From Octopus vulgaris (Eukaryota), in assembly GCA_951406725.2 (NCBI GenBank), contig OX597814.1:205096001-205160000 (forward strand): a stretch of 64,000 nucleotides of DNA, in the 5' to 3' direction. The position numbers were made by a program, and so were the translations under genes. Under the pieces are notes generated by a model. The model had not been told where the DNA came from, searched no databases, and saw nothing but the letters and a program-made list of their open reading frames with translations. Of this stretch, positions 50,221 through 64,000 are shown piece after piece; the first letter of the stretch is position 1; every line of letters begins with the position of its first letter.

Positions 50221-53191
50221 ATATTTGCTTTTAATTCTTCATTATTGTAGTAATGATTAAAGGAGTCATTTTAAAGTAATTAAAGTTTAGAACATAACTG
50301 AGTGATATTTTATGGTACATCTATTCCTATTTAATGAAATAATTCTTTGCAAATTAATGAAATGATATTTAAGTAAAAGATGGATAAAGACTTTTCTAGC
50401 ATTGTAATTTTACAACTGATTTCTAACACAGGCAGAAGGCTGGCTACACATTTTGGAGAAGGATATAATTGATTGAGTTAGCCCCAGTGCTTGATTAATA
50501 CTTTTTAAAAAATATATATTATTGTCTCTAAAGAATAAAGGTAGGAAGCCTAATAGCTAGGGTGTTGCACTCATGAATGTAAGATTGTGGTTTTGATTCC
50601 TGGACTGGGTGCTGTGTTGTGTTCATTAAGCAAAGCACTTCATTGCTGTTCCAGTCCACTCAGCAATAGCTGGGGAAGTTGATCCTGCAATGGTCCAGCA
50701 TTCTACTCAGCAGGTGTGTGTTATGATCTCAGCCACTTACACACCATAGAAACCGGGTTAAGTCCTGGGGATCAGAATAGGCCTAAGTCTAAGAAGAATG
50801 ACAAAACTGACCTTAGTAAGGATTGAGCTCAGAAACATAAAGCACTGTAAGTAAATGCTGCAAAGCAATTAGTCTGATGCTTTAAGAATTCTGCTAATCT
50901 AACTTCAACTTGATTTACTTTAATATCTAATGATATAAATCCTAGAGAGCCACTGATCTCTCTGACCTAAGTATGGTCAGTTTTGTATCACATACTCAAT
51001 ATCCAGACAATATTATATAAACTGTTGTTTCTGTTTTGATGTTAATGTTTTCATCAGTGTGAAATATTAATTATCTTTGTCAGAGAGAAGAAGCAACTGA
51101 CTGGAAAGTCCTCTCTTCAATAACTGATACTTGGGCTATGTATTTTTATGGCTTACTCAGAGAAGGAAAGGTAGTGTCTATGAACTTTTCCAGAGTCTCT
51201 AAAACTGGAGAAGGCTATCTTTAAATCAGATGCCTTGTTCAACTCTCTGCAACACAGTAATTTCTGCTGAAGAATCTAAGGTGGGTTAAACCAAGTGATT
51301 GATTAAGTTTAGCTCTAAGTCAGCTCTGATCAAGTCAGCTCTGATCAAGCTGACTTGTGATGATCTTATCACTTTTTGATTATCATCATCATCATCATCA
51401 TCATCATTAGTATTGTTATTATTATTATTACATAAATATTGGAGTCACTTGCAAAAAGATTAAAGAGAGATAGAATTAGTCCTAGATTCTTGGAAACCTT
51501 TCCTTTCCTAAGACTATTTTGTCAAATGTGTCCTTTCATTTTTTAAAAGATGGTGTGATAATGATACTTGGAAGGGATTTTACTACTATTTCTAAAAAGC
51601 GAAGCCACCACATAGTCCCTCTCTTATGAATAAAAGATAATGGTTCAAGTCTTATGAAGTTTAGAATTAAGCAATTTTAGTTATATACTTCTGACAACTT
51701 CAAGATATTTGTTGTCTGATTTCCAATAAAGAAATTTTCTCTTAATTAAATAAACTGTCATTTTATTCAGAACCTCCTTGTTAAGTGATGTAAATGTCAC
51801 AAAATAACATATTTATTTTTCGTAAACTAATTGTCATTGCTTTAGTACCTGTTAGCCCATCTGATGTAGCTTTGACTGGGAAAATATTTTTGTGTGAAGG
51901 TGGGGGAGTGGGGATGAGAACGTTTAACTTTGTTAGTCTATCGAAGCTTTGCAGAGACCAATAGTATTTCAGAAATGAGAAGGCATTTTTTGAAACGTGA
52001 CAGATTGAAAGTGAGTGAGTGAAAATAAGGTTAAAGTAAAGCTGAAGTGAAGGGGAAGGTCTTGATTAAAGGGTGAGAACGAAAGAAAGAAAGGAAGAAG
52101 AGAAAGAGAGAGGGAAAGAGAGGAAGGGAGTGAAGCCATATAATTAAGGAACAAGGAAGATTAATTGTCAAAATTTGGTTATTAATGCATTGGAAGCAGA
52201 CAATTATTTGACAAGATAATTTATTTCAGAACTAGTGAGTACAGTTGTGCAGCAGATAGGGTCATTTGTTACATGGAGACACATCAAGTTAGCAACACAC
52301 ATAAAAAAAAACAGACACATAATTGACAGTTATTGGTCTATTAAATGAATGCAGCTTTAAGTGTTATGGTCAACTATTTAATATTTAGAAGATAAAAATT
52401 AAAATTAACTAATTTCAGTTTAAAATATTTTCTGATTAATTTGAAATATTATTATTATTTTTTTTGCTTAGGAAAAGATTATTTGTTACAAAAAGGGTCA
52501 GAAAGAGTAATCCTGTTATGTATTTATTTCTCAATAAAACCATGTCACCAAGTGTAAACTGTTGCTGGTAGAAAATAGGTTTTAATAGATTAGCAAAAAA
52601 CATGTATGAACATATGTAATTATCTAAAAAGTTAATTATTAAATGTAAAACTGCTAAATACTCTACAAAAATCAGAAGCAAATTACTCGGTGTGTGTGTG
52701 TGTGTGTATACATACTTATACATATAAATATACATGCATATACATATATACATACATACATACATAAATACATACATATCATATACACACACACATATTT
52801 ATAAATGTATGTATGTATGTATGTATGTATGTATGTATATGTATATATATATATTTACATATGTATATGTATATTTATATGTATATATATGTATCTATTT
52901 ATATATATATATATGTCTCTCTCTATATATATATGAAAAATTGAAGGAAAGAAAGTGAAAAAGATATTAAAATTATGAGATTATATGAAAATATTTACTA
53001 TAAAAGAAGAAAATTTATTATTTGACATTTTCAAAAACAGTTTCTTTTTTTGCTCTCTATTATTTGAAAATTGATACTAATTATAGTATGTAATATTAGC
53101 ATAAATCACATTCTATGTTCAAGTGAGTTTTGCTTCAGTGCAGACACTTTGTGTGTGTGTATATGTATATAAATATATGTATGTATGTATG

Positions 53192-53247
<56 letters not shown>

Positions 53248-53250
<3 letters not shown>

Positions 53251-53570
53251 GTACCAAATCTCTTATCTAGCAACCTTGGGACCAGAGGTGGTCTGGATTT
53301 CTGGATTTTTCCAAATTTCTGGACATAGGTTAAATATATACCGAAAATATAAAATAAACAATATAAAATAAAATACAAAATTGTATAACATATACAAATT
53401 TAAACATTTCTAAAGCAGGGTCTGTTTGATTTGGCGTTGTGTGACGCATACACCACAGAAGCCAAAACAAAGCGGTCGCATGGTGAACTACTATAGCCAG
53501 CAAAATTCAAAGCTAGCCAGTTTCAAAAATAGCTGGATTTCTGGATTCCAGATAAGAAGTTCGGTACCTG
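53248..53570. mobile_element. Tc1/mariner-superfamily MITE
   Basis: TIRs CAGGTACCAAATCTCTTATCT / AGATAAGAAGTTCGGTACCTG with TA flanks. Confidence 0.85.
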
Positions 53571-53598
53571 TACATACATACGTACATACATACATATA

Positions 53599-53640
<42 letters not shown>

Positions 53641-53716
53641 CATTTATATATATATTTGTCAGTGACAGGTCGCGGATTTAGCGCAAAATATTTTGATATA
53701 TATATATATATCGTTT

Positions 53717-53751
<35 letters not shown>

Positions 53752-53900
53752 TGTTAGTATCTTTTTTTGCTTGTTATTATATTGTAGTCCTCCCATTATA
53801 TAATCTAGATACATATTCTCAAACCATCTCTTAGCTCTAAAGAAATCTTTCAGAGCAAGACAATAGCAGTTTCTATACTCAAACTCTTATAGAAAATTAC

Positions 53901-53939
53901 CTGGACCAGCCTAATTCCAGATACCTTTAGGTGTTCTGT
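53901..53939 (-). CDS. Candidate gene B microexon (TEHLKVSGIRLVQ)
   Basis: ttgttag acceptor, CAG|gtaatt donor, 39 nt, phase 0 to 0. Confidence 0.4.
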
Positions 53940-55052
53940 CTAACAACAATTATACATAACTTGATGAATAAGATAAAAGCTTATCTGATAGAGCTTCAGT
54001 AATTATATTAACTTTGATAAACTATTTCTCCTTCAGTTCTAGATTTTTGTGGATTACTGGAAGCCTGAGTCTTGCAGTCTATGGTAAAAAGCTAGATGAA
54101 TAATGATGTTCTCAGTTTAAGACAAAGAAATAAAGAATCAGCAAACTTCCTGCTTTATGGCAAATAACTAGACTAGTTTAGAGATTCCCAGTTTATGAAC
54201 AGAAATAACTTGAAACAAAAATGTGTTTGTAAAAAGAGTTACTAGTATTGGGGGAGGAAAAGCAAATGTTGGAATGTCTTTAAATCCATTCTTTAAATGA
54301 AATAAGCAACTGGATGTAAGAGGAGGCAGTGGATATATTGAGAATAGAAGATAATTAGCAGGAAGCTGATTAAAAGCTGTTGGACATGCTTCATTGATAA
54401 TTAGTTCGAAAATGAAATTATCTGAGTTGTTCCACAGGCAGTTGTTCAATGTGGATAGTGACAGGCATTTGAAGAGGGCACAGGGAACTTCTCAGCATTG
54501 GGAATGTGTAGAAAGTTCTTAGAATCACGTGTCATCAATGTGACGATTGTGGGGCTGCAAGTTAATGACAGTGGGAGAGGTAGAGCAAAGATGTTAGTGT
54601 AGAAATAATATTTGCAGCTAGCTTTAGGGTATTAGAAGAGCCAGCATCATCTCAAGATATAGAAAAATTGGTAATGGAAGATGTTGAGGGTTACAAATGT
54701 CTCAGAGTTTACTTGACATGTAGTTGGGGCACAGGCAGAAGTTGATGTTAAAATTGGCTTCAATTAGAAGGGGACATTTGACAAATATTTCCCATGAGTG
54801 TTGTGAGAAAGTCAATTAGATAAGTTAAGCAATGGGCAGCATCAGTATATGGTCTATGAGACTTTCTCATCATAGCAGTTAAGAAGAATAAAAAAAAAAA
54901 TTTAACTAAGACCCTAACATGTTATTATATTTAATCTATGAAAATTGTACCTTGGCACACATACAATCCTATAGGGTTAGAATTTATTGAGATATATATG
55001 TGTATATATATATATATATAAATATAATATGGAACAATTATTTGGTAGCCAT

Positions 55053-55113
55053 GATAAAACTCTGAGTTTTGGATGTCGGGGCGGAAACCCATGCTGGCAT
55101 CTCTTCAGTTATC
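55053..55113 (-). ncRNA. Hammerhead motif with mutated core (G12 to A)
   Basis: Minus strand: gataa-CTGAAGA-gatg...catc-c-AAAAC-TCAGA-GTT-ttatc; perfect 5-bp stem I, stem III ACTCAGAGT; flanked by (TA)n on both sides. Confidence 0.65.
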
Positions 55114-55116
55114 GGG

Positions 55117-55169
<53 letters not shown>

Positions 55170-55269
55170 CATCATTTTAACATCCATTTATATATACTTA
55201 TATCATCCACTTCTTCATCATTTAATGCTCATATCTATCTATCCATCTATGTATCTATGTATCTATCTT

Positions 55270-55311
<42 letters not shown>

Positions 55312-55838
55312 CATCTATCCTTTTATTTGTCATTGGATTTCAACCATCCTGAGGTGTTGCCCTGAAAGGTTTAATCGAACAAATCACTCCCAATACTCAT
55401 TCTTTTAAAATGTTGCCTGGTACTTATTCTATTGGTCTCTTTTACAAAAGTACTAAGTTATGGGGATATAAATGAACCAACACTAGTTGCCAGGTGACAT
55501 GGGAACAAACATATAACCATGCACATACACACAACCACACATCTACAATGGGCATCTTTCAGTTTGTTTCAACCAAATCCACTCACAAGACATTGGTCAG
55601 ACTGAGACTATATTAGAAGACACTTGCCCAATGTGCCATAGAGTGGAACTGAACAAAAACCATGTAGTTGGAAAGCAAATATCTTATCATACAACCATAT
55701 ATATATATATATATATATATGGAGATATGATAAACCTATTATAATGGGTAACACTACATGTACTTTTCATAATGGGTAATACTACATGTACTTTTCATAT
55801 TTTTTATATTGTGATGTAATTCTTTGGACTAACAATGT

Positions 55839-55933
55839 TTGCGGCTGAAGAGAGCTTTATACCAACTTTTATATCAAAAATACACTGATGTAATAACGGA
55901 TTGTTTATAAAGCTTGAAACATGTGTACTGCGA
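55839..55933 (+). ncRNA. Minimal type-I hammerhead ribozyme motif
   Basis: ttgcgg-CTGAAGA-gagctttata...tataaagctt-GAAAC-ATGT-GTA-ctgcga: intact core, 6-bp stem I, 10-bp stem II. Cassette 55721-56055 lies between (TA)n tracts. Confidence 0.85.
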
Positions 55934-56053
55934 TATCCTTTGTGTTCTGTTTTTAATTTATATTTGATATATTCCCTCTCACCTCAGCCACTATCTGGCA
56001 TATAAAGGTGCCTACACTTATCAAGTATTCACCCTAAATTTACAGTACCTACT

Positions 56054-56168
<115 letters not shown>

Positions 56169-56324
56169 AATATATGTAAATGTATGTATGTATGCATTTG
56201 TGTGTTGGTCTTTCTTAGTCCTGGCAACTGACCAGAAAATGTTTCACTGAGGAAGTGTTGTTTTCACCAGTGTTACATATTTTTATATGGAAACATTTCA
56301 CGAATCAATGTTTTTTCTATTATA

Positions 56325-56361
<37 letters not shown>

Positions 56362-56363
<2 letters not shown>

Positions 56364-56547
56364 AAATAAGAAAATGGAGAAATACATTCTTATTTTGTAT
56401 TATGAATTTGTGGTAAAATATTTTACCTTTCCCCATATAATACAGTAAATGAATTAATTGCATCACAATTCTTAACATTTATGTATTAACTTTGTTGGGT
56501 ACTTCACTAGCAGTATATTGGATATATGTTATCCCATGGAGGGTTGC

Positions 56548-56551
<4 letters not shown>
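56362..56551 (+). repeat. (TA)n-embedded cassette, near-identical to 61585-61763
   Basis: AATTTGTGGTAAA..CCCATATAATACAGTAAATGAATT..GGGTACTTCACTAGCAGTATATTGGATATATGTTATCCCATGGAGGGTTGCATTTA occurs in both. Confidence 0.85.
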
Positions 56552-56585
<34 letters not shown>

Positions 56586-57196
56586 GTATATATATTTTGG
56601 TCAGCTAAATCAAGTAGATGATGATAATGCTGATGATGAGGATGATTAGAATGGTGATAGTGGAGGTTGTGGTAAAATGATGGTCATGACAAAGCTGAAT
56701 GAACCTAACATGCTCATAAGGTTGATGATTAAGAATGAATTCCTTGTGGTGCTATGCAATTTAAGCTAAAACTCAGGCTGAAGCTGGCCTGTCATGTTTA
56801 ACACCATCAAGATATCTGTTTGGCAATCTGAGCCTTGTAGAAATACATTTCACCCATCAACAATGTCAATATTTACTATAAACATTGCCCTAGCACTAGC
56901 CTATCAAGATATCTGTTAATCCCTCGACCGCTTTATAACTTCAGATATATTATTATTATTATTTTATATACTTAACATTAATTCGACCCATGCCTGTTCA
57001 TAGTATTAATATATAGATACATACATACATACATACATACATACTTGCATGTGTATGTGTGTGCGTGTGAGTGTGTGTGTGAGTGCGTATGTGTCTGTCT
57101 CTCTATATATATCTGTCTGTCTTTTGGTTTATGTCTATCATTGTTTGAATTGCATAATAGTGGTTTTTTTCTCTAATTTATATATGTATATATATG

Positions 57197-57233
<37 letters not shown>

Positions 57234-57271
57234 TATATATATATACACATGCATATATACATATATAGATA

Positions 57272-57334
<63 letters not shown>

Positions 57335-58351
57335 CTGTCTTTCTTCCAGTGGTACAGGCATATGTTTTCAGTGATATTGGTTTTTTGCTAATTTTAACCA
57401 CTAAACTACACAAGGAAATACAACCCAATAAAAACCCAATTAGAGTACTGGTCTTTGAGTATGCACTCATGATTTTCGTCAGAAGTCAAATATACTGATC
57501 TTCTCCATTCCACTTGACAAATTTCTTTGGTCAATATTGAACTAATCCTCCCAACTTCACAAGCTATGTCTGACTTCACCTGAATAGCATGCCATGAAAT
57601 TGAATCACTTAAAATCTGTATTAAGATTTAAATTATCTCTAAATATTCTGGATTAATTTTGTCTGTATTTAGATATTAGTCTTCTGTTATAATTCAGCTC
57701 ACATTTGGTACCAGCTTATGGCTGGTACTTTATTTTATTGACCTTGGATGAAGGTAAAAGTTAATTTTGGAAGGATTTTTGACTCAGGATTTAATGGTCA
57801 TTGAGGTGTGAAGATCAATTGATATAATAAAGCAGAAAGGTATCACAGAGTAGGAATTCTTTCCAGAATTAAATTCAAAGAAAACCAGTTGAAAAAATGA
57901 GAAAACTTGTCCAATAGTAAGTCTAAAATATCTACCTTCTTAAAATCTCTAATATAAATACACGTTGCACACACACACACACGGATATAATAAAAGAATA
58001 TGAAGAATGGAGATACTGTTCAAACTATGCTATGCATATTTCCACCATGTTATTTATTTGCTCATTAAATTACATGATTACATAAACAGATCATTTCATC
58101 AGGTATTTTGACAAGTAAGACCAATTTACATGATTTGAGTAACATCTCCACTCTATTCATATGCTTTTGTTATATTGTACACTGTGTTAAATGTTTGTTG
58201 CTACATATACAGGAGTTACAGAGTAGATATTATTTTACAAGTGATTATTGTATTTCTTGTTCTATTGACTTGTGAATATAACCAATATTCCTCCAAGTAC
58301 ACGCTGGAGTGTTACTGAATAAATTGCCAGGAGTGTTCAGATCCCCACTAT

Positions 58352-58393
<42 letters not shown>

Positions 58394-59603
58394 TATAGGG
58401 ATAAAAATCATGTTAATGATTTTTATCAGGTAGTCCACAGGCTATAAAAATTTATAGGTAATTTATACATTAAATTAATTACAATATACATATGTATATA
58501 ATTATACTAAGGGAACAAGGGCAAAAACAGCCTATCTCCAGCATGCTTGAAGTGCCGAGACCTTCAAAAAATTACCAAAAGCTCCAGATTAAAGCCATGT
58601 GTACATTTAATCTGGAGTTTTTGGTAGCTTTTTGAAGGTCTTAGCACTTCAACCATGTATATATTTGTCATCATAATATATATATATATATATAAAACAT
58701 TAATAATAGTAAAGAATATGGAGATTTTGTACATCCACAAAATTCATCTTATAGTTATGTACTAATTGTTATGGTTAGCTGTCAACTGGAACTCAACCGA
58801 GAGCTAACATGTTATCCACCCGGGTAGCACATCCCTCAATAAAAACTCACTTTTATACACACACACACACATTCATACATACATACATACATATCTATAT
58901 ATATTTAAATATATATATGTGTGTGTGTGTGCATATGTATATATATACATATATGTATATGTTATGTTATGCTTTTGTTATATTATATTATATCAAATTA
59001 TGCATCCACATACATACAATGTTATTAACTGCTTCCTCAGAGTGTTATATGAAGTTTAATTAATTAATATTCACGACTAAATGTAAGGAATGAGACCTGA
59101 AAACAATGTTTGGAACACATTTGAAATAGTAAAGCTACAGAAGAAGAGATGAAATGGAAAAGTATAGAATCAACAGTGACTGGAATGGAAACAATCATTT
59201 GGGATTAGATGAGTGCTGAAAGAAGAAAGCATGAAATCTGAAAGAAGGAAAAATGGCTCAGAAAGGATTCAATTTAGTCTCAAAAGAAATTCTGAAATCT
59301 TAGGTGAGAAAAAATATAAGAAATACAATAGATAACAAAGAAAAACGAAAGCCTTTGAAGATCTTATTACAAGTAAAACATTGAGGAATGTAATGAGATA
59401 AGTTTGTTAGAAGAGAAAAAATCTTTTGAAATGTGTAAAAATATGATTTGGGATTAAAATAGATTAGGATTACATTTTGTTGTATTTTGGTTACAATGAA
59501 TTACTAAGATGCTGTAAATGATATCTTGTTATAATTATGTCATTAGAAATGACATAATTTCTGTTTGCAGACTTTTGGTGATGTGTCTAGACAAGAAATC
59601 AAC

Positions 59604-59682
<79 letters not shown>

Positions 59683-59727
59683 ATACATATATATATATGT
59701 ATATATATATATTTATATGTATATATG

Positions 59728-59806
<79 letters not shown>

Positions 59807-59827
59807 TATATATACATGTATATATAT

Positions 59828-59893
<66 letters not shown>

Positions 59894-60340
59894 ATATATA
59901 TATAGTTAATCGAAACATGAACAAAGAGAAAACACAACAATGTGAGGACATGGAACAAGTATAGTGTTATTGGACGCTCAGGAATATATATCTGTGCGTG
60001 TGCACTCACTCTCTCTTTCTCTCTCTCACACACAATATATATATACTTACATATCTATATATTGATATATGTGTTTATGTATGCGTGTGTGTGTGTGTAT
60101 ATATATATACATACACACACACATATATATCTACATATGTATCAATTTATGTATGACAAAAGAACAGGGATTATGTAATTAATTAGCTTAAAGCTGTGCA
60201 ATATTTTATAGCATCCTCAAAATCTATTGTAAAAACTGGAAGACATGGTGCCTAACAGTCAACCATGATGTCAAGCTGATATAAATCTTTGGATTTTCCG
60301 AGAGGTAAGCAAATAAGGAGCTGGTAAAACGGTACTCCAC

Positions 60341-60403
60341 CAACAAAGAAATTGTCTTGGTTTTCATTCCAATATGCCAAAATTTCACAGAAAGACTAAA
60401 TTC
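60341..60403 (-). CDS. Candidate gene B exon (EFSLSVKFWHIGMKTKTISLL)
   Basis: Good acceptor ttctaatttatgcag; only the phase-0 frame is open. The donor gtggag is weak. Confidence 0.35.
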
Positions 60404-61781
60404 CTGCATAAATTAGAATAACATAAGGGGAGGGTGTTTATGTTCCTTCAGAGTTGTAGACTATGTAAGCAGTGAACGCTGCACATAATGACATATGTGA
60501 TGGCAGTGGGTGGGATATAGTTTGGTGTTGGGTGTTGTTTGTGGAGAGAGGAGAGCAAGAGAAACTGAGGTGTTGATAAAAATATTCATGTAAAAAAAAA
60601 GGTTCATGTGATACACAAACACACACACAGATGTGTGTGCATCCATGCATCTATGTGTAATCCAGTGATTTGTATATATCTGGGTATCAGTGAGTCTATA
60701 AGTGATAGATGAATATCCAAGTATATAGAAATGGGAAAGTGTAAGCTATGTGTGTGAGGAGGTGACTAAAACGAATCGTATTAAGAAGGACTTCAAGCTG
60801 TAAACACTGAATGCCCTTCCAATCCATGTCAGTATGGGATATTGGATATAAAAGCATTGAAGATACTACTATGTGTGTATATATATATATCATCATCATC
60901 ATTTAGCATTCGCTTTCCATGCTAGCATGGGTTGGACGGTTCAACTGGGGTCTGTGAAGCCAGAAGGCTGCATCAGGCCCAGTCTGATCTGGCAGTGTTT
61001 CTACAGCTGAATGCCCTTCCTAATGCCAACCACTCCGTGAGCGTAGTGGGTGCTTTTTACATGCCACCCGCACAGGTGCCAGACGGAGCTATATATATAT
61101 ATATATACGTATGATAAATGAGTAAATATTCGAATGAATATTCATATAGATATTGTTGTTATTATTATCATTAGCAGTAAATATATAAATAATTAATAAT
61201 AATAATACTAATAATATTAGTGGCCAGCATATATAATATAACAGCATTTATATACATATATATGTATCTACACATACACACTCACACATTTATATATATC
61301 AACATACACACGTATATGTATATATGAGACATACTTATCTACATGGCCGAAACAGCTGTAAGATGTAATCTATACTTATGTTTATGTTTGCTTATATTTA
61401 TATTCTCTTTTATATATATTCTACTTATTATACAACATTACTCTTTTATGTACACTTTTTTATGTACATTCCTTTATGTACACTGATTTGTTCTGCTTTT
61501 TATATTTAACCCTACAGTTTCTTATGTGGTGGTTTAATGAAGTATGTGATTGAGTATTATCTGGTAATTGATATTTGATTTAGATGTATTTCTCCATTTT
61601 CTTATCTTGTATTAGTAATTTGTGGTAAATCATTTTACCTTTGCCCATATAATACAGTAAATGAATTGATTGCATCGCAATCATTAACATTTATGTATTA
61701 ACTTTGTTGGGTACTTCACTAGCAGTATATTGGATATATGTTATCCCATGGAGGGTTGCATTTACAACCCCTATCTCAATT

Positions 61782-61825
<44 letters not shown>

Positions 61826-61859
61826 CTACACACATATATCTATATATATCTACACACAC

Positions 61860-61951
<92 letters not shown>

Positions 61952-62373
61952 GGAGGATGCCATGTAAAAGTATCCATGCAGTACCACATAAGAGTGCCCA
62001 TGCAGTACCACGTAAAAGCACCCAGTACACTCTGTAAAGTGGTTGGCATTAGGAAGGACTTCCAGTTGTAGAAACCATGCCAAATCAAACATGGAGTCTG
62101 GGGCAGCTCCCCAGTTTGCCAGCTCTGGTCAAATCATCCAACCCATGCCAGCATGGAACATGGACGTTAAATAATGATGAAGATGATGACGATAAATATT
62201 CATGCATACATATATGTATATGCATATATGTACATATGTATATATATATTTGTATATTTATATCTGTCTACATCATAATCATTTAACATCCATGTTCCAT
62301 GCTGGCACACACACACACATATGTTTTCTAGCATCTCTATGACAACATTATAAGTTGAAGGCCAAACCAAGTA

Positions 62374-62408
<35 letters not shown>

Positions 62409-62635
62409 AATATATATCCTGAAGCTAAAGAAAATTACTCAAAAGAACCAGTGACATGAATTTGTATAACAAATGTAAGCAAATATGTAACGGTGATTGT
62501 TAGTTCATTCTGAATGAGAAGTGGAGAAGGAGAATGCTACATTGGTGACAAATACTATGCCAACCAAGACTAGGTGTTCACAGCTGCCTTTTATACATAC
62601 AGAAACCAGGCTATTGTTTTTCTTTTCATATTTAA

Positions 62636-62857
62636 TCCTTTCATTACTGTATTTATTTTGAGATGGTCTGTGTTTTTTTCAATTACTTTTAAATATAACA
62701 AAGAATTTAGTAAAATTACTTAGTTATCACTAAGCTAGTGTTAGGAACATAAATTGTGACTAAGGTTTCGTGGAAGATTTTAATTAAAAACTTATGAAAA
62801 CAAGGCATTTGTACTAAAGAGCCAGAGCCGGTTTCAGTCGGGTTGGTAACGAAAGGG
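62636..62857. mobile_element. piggyBac-type MITE (second copy)
   Basis: TTAA flanks, TIR GTAACGAAAGGG, internal similarity to 31932-32136. Confidence 0.88.
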
Positions 62858-62947
62858 TTAATTCATAAAGGGACATTTTCATTTTCTTGAAACCATCACC
62901 ATTTCTTATTCAGAGTCATTAACAATAACTGCTAGGTTTTTGTTCAC

Positions 62948-62968
62948 CTTTGTCCACAAAGGAAATTT
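62948..62968 (-). CDS. Candidate 21-nt microexon (KFPLWTK)
   Basis: ttttaaattatag acceptor, AAG|gtgaac donor, length a multiple of 3. Confidence 0.3.
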
Positions 62969-63042
62969 CTATAATTTAAAAATTTATATGTATAGCATTC
63001 AGTTTCACAATTCATATATATATATGTGTGTGTGTGTGTGTA

Positions 63043-63076
<34 letters not shown>

Positions 63077-63212
63077 GAGACACAGACACACACATATATG
63101 TGTGTGTATGTATATATAAATATATATAGGTGTGTATGTATATATATGTGCATATATATATATGTCCATATATATACATATATATATATATATATGCATA
63201 TATAGATATATG

Positions 63213-63248
<36 letters not shown>

Positions 63249-63792
63249 CGTGTGTATATGTATATATATGTATGATCATATCCTTATAATATGACAGACA
63301 AAAATTAGTCAAAGAACTCAATACAAGTTATACAAAATATAAATACAATTTCCTGTGTATATGTATGAAAATCCTTACAGTGTGTCCACTGTTCTGTATA
63401 AACTTCTCTACTTGTCAAATGATATCATTTTTGTGAATAACAAAATAGAAAGAACTCTGGAAGTCTGTTAGATGCCTTAACCATTTACTGACATTTTCTT
63501 TCAAAAATATTACACAGTTAGGTCAGTAAGAACAAACTGAACAAAACAACAGCTGCCAAGCCAATATGTGAAGTATGAGCTTAATGCACAGCTTAACATA
63601 TCTTTTACTTAAGTGTTATTAATAATTCATTCCTATCACTTAGCAAATAGAATTTATTGTAAGAATAGTTATTCACAAAACTAATTTTCATTTGACCAGT
63701 AGGAAAGTTCATATGGAATAGGGATCTATGGAGATTCTTTGGTAAGGGAATGAATAAGTATGCAGACTCTTAACATATACATATACATACAC

Positions 63793-63876
<84 letters not shown>

Positions 63877-64000
63877 GTATGTATATATATATATATGTGT
63901 GTGTGTGTATATATATATATATGTATGTAAGTATATATGTAAGTATGAATATATATATATGTATATACATACACACGTATATATATATATATATATATAT

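Noticed and set aside
51015-51060. Minus-strand CTGATGA...GAAAC-AACA-GTT
   Set aside because: No stem II or stem I pairing. This illustrates the chance background for the core boxes alone.
51156-51206. Minus-strand exon-like segment (TLEKFIDTTFPSL, donor gtaagc)
   Set aside because: Its phase is incompatible with the gene B chain, and the sequence resembles the old MITE at 34170-34460.
54130-54870. Possible ancient LINE remnant on the minus strand (also 30100-30480, 48150-48470 and 59090-59420)
   Set aside because: Only vague resemblance; no diagnostic motif is readable without a profile search.
57450-57490. Minus-strand CTGACGA with a small hairpin near a TA tract
   Set aside because: There is no GAAA box in register.
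59518-59964. Long YI/IY-, CV- and HT-repeat ORFs throughout the track
   Set aside because: They are translations of (TA)n, (TG)n and (CA)n microsatellites.
60212-60304. Plus-strand exon-like segment ending GAG|gtaagc
   Set aside because: Stops in all frames and no partner exons identified. It could be non-coding but is unsupported.

Overview
Eukaryotic, AT-rich, microsatellite- and SINE-dense DNA. The SINE repertoire points to an octopus/coleoid cephalopod; this is an inference. Most entries in the supplied ORF track are artefacts of microsatellites or repeats. Reading splice sites by hand gives three gene models. (1) A + strand gene of unknown function with 8 phase-compatible exons (3456-16283, about 352 aa visible, 5' end outside the window) and a probable GC-AG intron. 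(2) The 3' part of a - strand gene: well-supported terminal exons at 37496-38919, weaker upstream microexons out to 62968, and a repeat-free 3' UTR. (3) A speculative - strand spliced transcript (about 32400 to 17300) that could encode a 35-aa polybasic CaaX peptide. The rest is Penelope-like, Tx1/L1, CR1 and RTE retroelement debris, mariner, piggyBac and pogo-type MITEs, Helitron-like elements, four short repeat/SINE families and minisatellites. The main observation is six near-complete minimal type-I hammerhead ribozyme motifs (3074, 8084, 40974, 47067, 55053, 55839) plus three half-motifs. They have largely unrelated stem I/II sequences, an often long stem II, a self-complementary stem III, and in three cases a U.U pair closing stem II. 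Each sits in a short cassette in or next to (TA)n tracts, consistent with a diverse family of microsatellite-targeting, ribozyme-bearing Penelope-LTR/retrozyme-like elements. All coordinates were counted by eye and repeat boundaries are approximate.
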